Below are positions 28,741 to 35,207 of a DNA stretch of 40,143 nt, in pieces. Made by a program: the position numbers and the translations under genes. The notes beneath the pieces are model-generated. The model was not told the DNA's origin. It worked only from the letters and a program-made list of their open reading frames with translations, and did not search any database. Position 1 is the first letter of the stretch. Every line of letters begins with the position of its first letter. This DNA is from Candidatus Micrarchaeota archaeon (GTDB lineage: Archaea > Micrarchaeota > Micrarchaeia > Micrarchaeales > CABMGC01). The DNA lies in contig DAHVMJ010000006.1 of assembly GCA_027319905.1 (NCBI GenBank), forward strand, positions 1-40,143, in the 5' to 3' direction.

Positions 28741-29094
28741 TCACCTGAGGCCCAGCTCGCTGAGGTACTGCTGGACCGTGTCGGGAGGCATGTAACCGGG
28801 CTCGCAGAAGCGCGGGAATCTCGCTTTTATGTCATCCAGCGCGCCCAATTCCTTCTGCGCCCTCTCCGCTCTGAGAAGGAGTCGCCTTAGCTCATCGCCG
28901 TCGACTATCTCCCGCAGCTCAAGAACCCTGGCGCGCATATCTGCCCTGCCACGCCTGTCCAGTATCTCGCCCAGCCTGTCGCTGATCCTGCCGAAGCTAT
29001 CAGCCACGTCGATGGCCTCTCTCATCTTTGCTGTTGCTAGCGCCGTTTCCATCTTGCGCAGCCTGTCCTCTCCTCCGATAGTTTTTTCCTTCAT
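28741..29094 (-). CDS. 117-aa charged alpha-helical protein of unknown function
   Basis: ATG 29094 behind SD AGGTGA; MKEKTIGGEDRLRKMETALA...RFCEPGY... Confidence 0.72.
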   Translation of the reverse strand: MKEKTIGGEDRLRKMETALATAKMREAIDVADSFGRISDRLGEILDRRGRADMRARVLELREIVDGDELRRLLLRAERAQKELGALDDIKARFPRFCEPGYMPPDTVQQYLSELGLR

Positions 29095-29098
29095 TCTT

Positions 29099-29263
29099 TC
29101 ACCTGAAGCAGCCTCCCATTGCCGGATCAGGAGTGTCACGCTGTTTCATCTCCCTCCGGAGCCGCTCTATCTCTGTTTTCAGCTCCTGTACCGTCGGTTC
29201 GGCCCTCGCCGTTTCAGCTTTCCTCTGCGTCTTCTCGTTTCCAATTTTTCTCTCGCTTTCCAT
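29099..29263 (-). CDS. Unannotated 54-aa protein MESERKIGNEKTQRKAETARAEPTVQELKTEIERLRREMKQRDTPDPAMGGCFR
   Basis: ATG immediately follows the TAG of the upstream regulator (TAGATG); fills the operon gap; N-terminus similar to the downstream 117-aa protein. Confidence 0.7.
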   Translation of the reverse strand: MESERKIGNEKTQRKAETARAEPTVQELKTEIERLRREMKQRDTPDPAMGGCFR

Positions 29264-29584
29264 CTACAACACCTCGTTGGGTTTGAGTATGCGCATCACA
29301 AGCTCTCCCGTGTCTGTGAGTTTCGCCGGCAGGCCCCCGCCGCAGTCGACCAGGCCCAGCTCGCGCAGCCTTTTCACGTTAGACTTTAGAGTGGATCTGG
29401 GTATGCCCTGCTCAAAGGATATCGCTTCGACTAGGGCGCTTATCGTTGCAGCGCTGCTTCCTATCTCTGAAAGGATTAGAAGCTGTTTTTCGTTGAGCGA
29501 CTCGAGCAGCAGGTCAGCGAGTCTGGCTAGGTCGCCGGTCTGAATTGGCGGCCTGACCTCCATTGGACTCGCTCGCCTCTGCAT
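29264..29584 (-). CDS. Winged helix-turn-helix transcriptional regulator
   Basis: 'LNEKQLLIL..I....TISAL...I....GIPRSTLKSNVKRLRELGLV....A.LTD.G'; start uncertain. Confidence 0.85.
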   Translation of the reverse strand: MQRRASPMEVRPPIQTGDLARLADLLLESLNEKQLLILSEIGSSAATISALVEAISFEQGIPRSTLKSNVKRLRELGLVDCGGGLPAKLTDTGELVMRILKPNEVL

Positions 29585-29632
29585 TGGCGTCGCTCGCCCT
29601 CGTATTGGTGCACACGCACCTCCTCGTGTTGG
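29545..29632 (-). repeat. Degenerate tandem repeat, 5 CCAA-anchored units spaced 24/21/21/18 nt
   Basis: TTGG on + strand ends at 29548, 29566, 29587, 29608, 29632; the two 21-mers 29567-29587 and 29588-29608 match at 15/21 and share TCGCTCGCC. Confidence 0.6.
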
Positions 29633-29736
29633 CTTTCAGCCACCTTCATTACCTCTTGTTATACCGTTTTCTCCTCCGGCTAAATAAAGGTTATGTGCAG
29701 ATTTGTTTTTAACACGTAGAGGGCGAAAAAAGTCGA

Positions 29737-30906
29737 CTAGCGCACGGCGCTGACTATCTTTATCACGTCGTTATCTGAGAGCGCATGGTCCTTGGCGACG
29801 CGCAGTTTCTTCTTCGCGTCGATCGCGTAGAGCATGCTCTTTGCGAGATCGGTGTGTATCAGCTCAGCGAGTTCTGCTGCCTTCGTGCCCTTCCTCACAA
29901 GCAGCGCGTCAGGAAGCACGTTGCCAAAGTGGTCTGTGTACTTGTTCTCGTCCTCGACCGGGTACACGACTATCTCTTTGAGCACGTCGAATACCACGGT
30001 GTTGACTATGCTCTGCACTCCGCTGCCGTTGTTTTTGCTGATGAATCCGGCCATGTACTCGAGAGCTTTCTTCTGCTCCCCGCTCACCGTTTTCTTTATA
30101 GAAAAGCTTGCCGCACCAGGAACATAGTCGATTACTCCAGAGGCTGCGGCCTTCCTGAGCGCGAGTTCGACGGCACCTGAGCATCCAATCACAGTGTATC
30201 CGGGCAGCCTCTTCCTGAGTCCGTCAAGGGCGCCGTCGTCTGAAAGGTCAAGCTTGTTCGCAGCTATTATCGTAGGCTTGCTGATGTCAAGCAGCCTATC
30301 TGCAAACTCATAGGTCTCCTCCTCGTCCCACGATATCTGCGAGGTGCTAAGGCTGCTCATCTCCGCTGCCTTCCTCACCTGCGCATCGTTCAGGTTGAAG
30401 CCGGAGAGCAGCTCAGGAATGGCCCTGTCACCGTCGCTTCGTTTCGATAAGGCGGTCTTGTGCTTTGTTATTATGCCCGCGAGCCAAAGCGCAACCTCCT
30501 TCTTTATCGCCGTGACCTCCAGCGCCGGGTCGCCGCCTTCAGCAGGGTTGCCGTGAACGTCTGTTTTTCCGCTTAGATCAACTACCTGTATGAATGCGCT
30601 GGCCCCTGCGAGATCGCTCAGGAACTGGTTTCCCATTCCCTTTCCGAGGTGTGCGTCGGGCACAAGACCGGCAACGTCTGTGATGTTGATTGGCACCTCA
30701 CGCGTCCCGTTTATGCACAATCCGTTTCTGGGTTTGCATTTAACTCCCAGCTCGCCCTCCACGCATTTTTTGGTTGCGTAAGCAATTCCGAAGTTGGGTT
30801 TTATGGTGGTGAACGGGTAGTCTGCTATCTCGGCGCCGGCCATCGTGAGCGCCGAGAAGATCGTGCTCTTGCCCTTGTTTGGTGCGCCTATTATCCCTAT
30901 TAGCAT
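29737..30906 (-). CDS. ychF: Archaeal YchF/OLA1 ribosome-binding NTPase with TGS domain
   Basis: 'GAPNKGKST', 'YPFTT', 'DVAGLVPDAH.GKGMGNQFL', 'NKLD', TGS 'IHTDLA'. Confidence 0.94.
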   Translation of the reverse strand: MLIGIIGAPNKGKSTIFSALTMAGAEIADYPFTTIKPNFGIAYATKKCVEGELGVKCKPRNGLCINGTREVPINITDVAGLVPDAHLGKGMGNQFLSDLAGASAFIQVVDLSGKTDVHGNPAEGGDPALEVTAIKKEVALWLAGIITKHKTALSKRSDGDRAIPELLSGFNLNDAQVRKAAEMSSLSTSQISWDEEETYEFADRLLDISKPTIIAANKLDLSDDGALDGLRKRLPGYTVIGCSGAVELALRKAAASGVIDYVPGAASFSIKKTVSGEQKKALEYMAGFISKNNGSGVQSIVNTVVFDVLKEIVVYPVEDENKYTDHFGNVLPDALLVRKGTKAAELAELIHTDLAKSMLYAIDAKKKLRVAKDHALSDNDVIKIVSAVR

Positions 30907-30914
30907 AAGATCAA

Positions 30915-31799
30915 CTACGGCGGCGTGTAGCCGCTTGTCCACTGGTTGGTATACGTTACGCCGCTTGGCACGCCATTGTTGTTATTTCCAGAATAATCGT
31001 TGGCGTTCCCGTTGAGCGGCCACCAACCAACGAGGTTCTGCAGCCTGATGGGCGCGCCTCCGATTCCCTCGTCGTAGAGCGCATTAACCTCAGGTCCCGA
31101 AAGAGAGGTGTTGTAAAATTGGAAATTTGCCATGGATCCCTTGAATGTGCCACTGTCTCCAGTTCCTATAAACAAACTGCTGAATGAGTTGATTTGCATG
31201 CTATTACTCACTGTCATTACTGTATTGGTGTTCTGATATAAGACTGCAGAATAGCCATTATAAGTCAGCATAAAATTAGACCACGTGTAAGGAGTAACTA
31301 TTGAAACGACACTTCCTGGACCTGGGTTTACGTTGTTTAGAAACAACTGTATCTGATCCACATTGGGTGTGAATAAGTATATGGCGTCTGCATATGTTTT
31401 GAAGAAGCCGTAGTATGGTGGGTTGTTTCCGGAGTAACTGAAACTGCCAGGGTACTCGGCCCAAAACGAAACTGTAAATTGCTGTAGACTACTGGCGCCA
31501 AAGCTGGGGCTGCCCACAGTTATGTAATTGCTGCCTTGACCGTTAAAAACAGCGACATACTGCGGCAGCTCCCCGCTGCACACGCCCTCGAGGTTTATCA
31601 GTGATGATGTTCCTGGTCCGTTCGGCCTGAAGACCTGGCAGGCTCCGGGTGGAGCTCTGGGCGCAAACGTACCAGCGTTGAAGACGCCAAGCTGGAAGAG
31701 CGCGCCGAGCACCACTGCGATAATAAGAATAGCCCACCCGTAGGTCATCAGGTACTCCATCGCCGATTGGGCTTTTTTCAACAATGCCCCTTTCGCCAT
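30915..31799 (-). CDS. Class III signal-peptide pilin-like LamG protein, copy 3
   Basis: Same termini as copies 1 and 2; different AT-rich core. Confidence 0.88.
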   Translation of the reverse strand: MAKGALLKKAQSAMEYLMTYGWAILIIAVVLGALFQLGVFNAGTFAPRAPPGACQVFRPNGPGTSSLINLEGVCSGELPQYVAVFNGQGSNYITVGSPSFGASSLQQFTVSFWAEYPGSFSYSGNNPPYYGFFKTYADAIYLFTPNVDQIQLFLNNVNPGPGSVVSIVTPYTWSNFMLTYNGYSAVLYQNTNTVMTVSNSMQINSFSSLFIGTGDSGTFKGSMANFQFYNTSLSGPEVNALYDEGIGGAPIRLQNLVGWWPLNGNANDYSGNNNNGVPSGVTYTNQWTSGYTPP

Positions 31800-31805
31800 T
31801 TTTCA

Positions 31806-33119
31806 TCACTTGAACAGCCTTACCCTTATGACCTTCTTGTCCTCGACCTCTCGCAGCATGTAGTAGACGGAGAGGAACGCGATCAGCAGTACAACGCCGA
31901 ACACGAGCGCCTCGTGCGGCATGCCCGCCATGAAGGCGACTATTCCGATTATGGCTATCATGGTCAGGTAGGGGTAGACTGGGACCTTGAATCCTGCAAA
32001 AACCCTCTGCCGCCTGAAGTGAACCACAGCGAAGCCTCGCATGAGGTAAGAGAAGAGGAGGCCGAAGTTGCTTATCGCCGCAATGACGTATATGTTGCCC
32101 GCGAAAAGCATTGCGCCTCCTATCACAGCGGACACGGCGATGCCGCGGACCGCGACGTCACGCTTGGCATCGTACTTGCGCAGTATCCTTGGCAGGAGGC
32201 CGTCGCTGCTTATCTGGTAGAGCAGTCTGGAAGAACCGAGCATCATCGCCAGTGACGCCGATGCGGTGGCCAGAAGCGCGCCTATGTCGGTCAGTACCAG
32301 CAGCCAGGCGGGGGCGTGCGCGCTGTTCAGCGCGAAGGCAAGGGGATCGCCGCCTATCTTGAACGAGCTGGCCGGGGCCATGGTCATGAGCGCTATCACA
32401 ACCAGCACGTACAGCACGATGCTTATCAGGACAGCGTATATTATCGCCCTGGCCGCGTTCCTGGGGCCGCCCTCAACCCTTGAGGTGAATGTAGCTATGT
32501 TCTGGAATCCGGAGTAGGCGAAGATTATCGCTATGCTCGCCGCAAATAGCTGTGCGATGCCCAGTTGTACGGGCGACGCCTGGAAGTTGACGAAACTGAA
32601 GCCTCCAGAGCGCATGACAAGCGCGAAGGCGAAACCTATGAAGATCAGCAGGATCGCTATCTTTATCAGAACAAGGAAGAGATCGGCGCGCGCCGCCTTC
32701 CTTATTCCGAGCGCGTTTATGCCCGATATGCCGGCTATGAGCAGCATCGCGAACGGTATGGCATAAGCGGCAGACTGTACTCCCAGTATGTTGGCGAGAT
32801 AAGAGCCGAAGCCGAGGGCTATGACTGAGATGGATGAGGCATAGCTGAAATACATCATCATGCCTGTCATGAAGCCCATCTCGCTTCCGAAGGCCTTGTA
32901 TACGTAAGAGTATGACGCACCCTTCGCATTGGGCATTATGCTCGCGAGTTCGCCCAGCTCGAGTGCGACTATGAAGACTACGATGCCCACGAGCGCGAAC
33001 GCTAGCAGCGCGTACGGGCCCGCGAGCGCTATGGCGGTGCCGCTCAGCACGAAGATTCCCGCGCCGATTATGGCCCCGAGCCCCACCGCGGTGGCGGTCG
33101 CGGCGCTTATCTTCTGCAT
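31806..33119 (-). CDS. APC-family amino acid permease
   Basis: 'GAIIGAGIF', 'AGP', 'FAYSGF', 'SRLLY..S.DG.LP', about 12 TM. Confidence 0.93.
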   Translation of the reverse strand: MQKISAATATAVGLGAIIGAGIFVLSGTAIALAGPYALLAFALVGIVVFIVALELGELASIMPNAKGASYSYVYKAFGSEMGFMTGMMMYFSYASSISVIALGFGSYLANILGVQSAAYAIPFAMLLIAGISGINALGIRKAARADLFLVLIKIAILLIFIGFAFALVMRSGGFSFVNFQASPVQLGIAQLFAASIAIIFAYSGFQNIATFTSRVEGGPRNAARAIIYAVLISIVLYVLVVIALMTMAPASSFKIGGDPLAFALNSAHAPAWLLVLTDIGALLATASASLAMMLGSSRLLYQISSDGLLPRILRKYDAKRDVAVRGIAVSAVIGGAMLFAGNIYVIAAISNFGLLFSYLMRGFAVVHFRRQRVFAGFKVPVYPYLTMIAIIGIVAFMAGMPHEALVFGVVLLIAFLSVYYMLREVEDKKVIRVRLFK

Positions 33120-33193
33120 GATACTCTATCGTTGGAAGGAATTAAAAGGGTGAAGACAAAGATACAAAAATACCTACTTGCCATTAAACCTGC

Positions 33194-33279
33194 GCGGAGG
33201 TGGCAGAGCTTGGTCAAATGCGACAGGTTCAGGGCCTGTTTCCCTAGTGGATGCATGGGTTCGAATCCCATCCTCCGCA
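33194..33279 (+). tRNA. tRNA-Leu (anticodon CAG), long variable arm, CCA not encoded
   Basis: Acceptor GCGGAGG/CCTCCGC+A, anticodon arm ACAGG-TTCAGGG-CCTGT, T-arm ATGGG-TTCGAAT-CCCAT. Confidence 0.95.
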
Positions 33280-33315
33280 TTGCGCGTTCGGCTCCTTTAA
33301 ATATAGAAAGGCTTA

Positions 33316-33334
33316 AATAAACATATTGTTTATT
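33316..33334 (+). promoter_or_regulatory. Inverted-repeat operator candidate in the abiEi promoter
   Basis: AATAAACA-tat-TGTTTATT, perfect 8-bp arms, 8 nt upstream of the ATG; AbiEi antitoxins autorepress via promoter inverted repeats. Confidence 0.6.
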
Positions 33335-33342
33335 ATATCTAT

Positions 33343-33945
33343 ATGAAAAATTTGACCGCAAGGCTGCAAGAAGCCGTAGAAAACTCTCCGTCAGGAATCA
33401 TCACTCTGGACGTGCTTGAAAGCCTGAAACTCTGTGACGATTCCACCCTGAAGACCATTCTGAGCAGGCTGGTCAAGTCAGAAAGAGCGCTGCGCCTGAA
33501 GCGTGGCGTGTACGCCTCGAACCCCGTGAAGGACCAGTTCGTTGCGGCGCAATCCGCGTTCAACGGCTATATAGGATTTTCGGCGGCCTTGTATATTCAT
33601 AGGCTTATTGCCGAGATGCCTTTCGTTGTTACCGTGGTGACTACATCCCAGTCAGGATCAAAGCGCTTTGGAACATACGAGTTCAGGGCTGTCGCGCTAA
33701 AGGAGAAAGCCATAGGGTTTGAAAGCATTGGAAACCTGGTCGTTTCTACCAGGGCAAAGACCCTTTTCGATTGCATCTACCTGGAACGATACTCAATCGA
33801 GGAAAAAAAACTCATCGAGGCATACATCGAAAATCCGCTGAGCGCAAAAGAGCTGAAGGAATTCGATTCATACGTGCAGAAGTTTGCCTCGCAAAAAACG
33901 CGCAGAAAGTTTTTGGAAGTCAAGAAGATGGTTGCAAAGGGCTAG
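33343..33945 (+). CDS. abiEi: Type IV toxin-antitoxin antitoxin, AbiEi family
   Basis: N-terminal wHTH 'LSRLVKS..ALRLKRGVY', 'YIGFSAALYIH.LI', 'ST.AKTLFDC'. Confidence 0.88.
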   Translation: MKNLTARLQEAVENSPSGIITLDVLESLKLCDDSTLKTILSRLVKSERALRLKRGVYASNPVKDQFVAAQSAFNGYIGFSAALYIHRLIAEMPFVVTVVTTSQSGSKRFGTYEFRAVALKEKAIGFESIGNLVVSTRAKTLFDCIYLERYSIEEKKLIEAYIENPLSAKELKEFDSYVQKFASQKTRRKFLEVKKMVAKG

Positions 33946-33949
33946 GTCT

Positions 33950-34741
33950 ATGGAAACCGATATAGAAGTATGCAGGATCATAGCGGTTCGTTACGGGCTT
34001 CCGCTCCAATTTGTGATAAAAGAATTCCATCTTATGGATGTTTTGGGGCGTATCGCAGAATTTACTTCGCGGCAACAAGGCTCGCTCGTTTTCAAGGGGG
34101 GCACTGCGCTCAATAAAATATACATACAAAAAACGCAAAGGTTTTCAGAAGACCTAGACTTTGATCTTGTGACTAAAGATGCTGGCAGGGAGCTGGGCGG
34201 CTTTTCCAGAGAGCTTGCAGACGGGATAGATGGATACAAAATAACCGAATTCCGCAGAGTGCGCGGCACCCTGCAGTTTTATTGTATGTATGAACTTCCC
34301 GAAGGAGGTGTAGATCATGTAAGGGTGGACATTGCGCCAAAACGTCTGCTCATAGCAAAACCTGTAGAAAACGGAACGGCAATTTCGGAATTCACGCACG
34401 CATCGGTAAGCGGCGTAACGGTATACTCGATTGAAGATCTGACCGCGCGCAAGCTAAACGCGCTTGCAGATAGAGGAGAGGGCAAAGACGTGTACGATGT
34501 ATACATAGCCTTGCCACTGTGTTCCAAAAAAGTTCTTAGAAAGGCAATTGCCCTAATGCTTCAATCTGAGGGCGCCCACGGGGGCGCGGAAGAGTTCATG
34601 CAAAATATGGTTGGCAGCCTTGAAAAAGTCGATTCTGGGAAACTTCGTAACCTCACCAACCCCTTCATACCTGTTCCACACAGACCCAAGAACTGGGAGG
34701 AGCTTAAAAAAGACCTTCTCGCAAGGCTCGGCGATTTGTGA
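33950..34741 (+). CDS. abiEii: Type IV TA toxin, AbiEii/AbiGii-family nucleotidyltransferase
   Basis: 'LVFKGGTAL', 'RFSEDLDF', 'E.L.ARKL.AL', 'KDVYD'. Confidence 0.92.
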   Translation: METDIEVCRIIAVRYGLPLQFVIKEFHLMDVLGRIAEFTSRQQGSLVFKGGTALNKIYIQKTQRFSEDLDFDLVTKDAGRELGGFSRELADGIDGYKITEFRRVRGTLQFYCMYELPEGGVDHVRVDIAPKRLLIAKPVENGTAISEFTHASVSGVTVYSIEDLTARKLNALADRGEGKDVYDVYIALPLCSKKVLRKAIALMLQSEGAHGGAEEFMQNMVGSLEKVDSGKLRNLTNPFIPVPHRPKNWEELKKDLLARLGDL

Positions 34742-34760
34742 AGTGGTACCGCATTTCCCT

Positions 34761-34837
34761 GAACTTGGTCAAACGTGACAGGTTCATGGCATGTTACCCT
34801 AGTGGTTGCGTGAGTTCAAATCTCACCTCCCGCACCA
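34761..34837 (+). pseudogene. 5'-truncated tRNA-Leu-like sequence (att-like direct repeat) ending in CCA
   Basis: 60/74 ungapped identity to 33206-33279; intact T-arm GTGAG-TTCAAAT-CTCAC; no 5' acceptor strand; anticodon position reads CAT. Confidence 0.85.
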
Positions 34838-34882
34838 CTCGCATATTGCTATAAATCTTTCCGTAGTATTAGTAGCAAGTGC

Positions 34883-35140
34883 ATGGGCATGGCAAAAGAC
34901 TCTTTCGATCGAATGCTGGAATACAACGCTAGGCACGCTGGCTGGATAATCTTCAGGTCAATATACTGGTCCATCTACCTGCTGCTTCTCGGCCTGTTTC
35001 TCATCTACGACAGCATAATCAACGTCGCCGTCTCGCTTCAGGCGTTCCTGGGATGGGCGTTCACAATACTGGCGGTAATGATAATAATCTTCGGCGCCGT
35101 GGAGACGCTGCACCACAAGCTGATGCGCAAGTACGGCTGA
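34883..35140 (+). CDS. Small two-TM membrane protein
   Basis: 85-aa ORF with two hydrophobic helices; upstream TATA-like TATAAA. Confidence 0.75.
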   Translation: MGMAKDSFDRMLEYNARHAGWIIFRSIYWSIYLLLLGLFLIYDSIINVAVSLQAFLGWAFTILAVMIIIFGAVETLHHKLMRKYG

Positions 35141-35207
35141 GAGTGCAAGGCTTCTTATTAGCTGGCTTCAGATAGATTTCTGCACATTCTGCATAGGATT
35201 AGGTTAA

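Larger units (their letters stand above)
33280..34837 (+). mobile_element. Minimal tRNA-Leu-anchored genomic island remnant carrying only a type IV TA pair
   Basis: Bounded by tRNA-Leu and a diverged 74-nt tRNA-Leu-like direct repeat; AT-richer cargo (53/120 G+C in 33961-34080); no integrase. Confidence 0.65.

Noticed and set aside
26206..29263. LysW/LysX/LysK lysine-arginine biosynthesis cluster
   Set aside because: The 54-aa ORF lacks the zinc-ribbon CxxC pairs and the C-terminal EDWGE; no LysY/LysZ/LysJ; the ligase is not LysX-like in motif order
29545..29632. CRISPR mini-array
   Set aside because: Units are 18-24 nt in total, degenerate, have no spacers, and no cas genes are present
5805..31799. 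Diversity-generating retroelement as the source of LamG variation
   Set aside because: No reverse transcriptase, no template/variable repeat pair with adenine-specific mismatches; whole domains differ, with indels
34761..34837. Functional tRNA-Met/Ile (CAT)
   Set aside because: No 5' acceptor strand or D-stem partner, mismatch in the anticodon stem, and a Leu-type long variable arm
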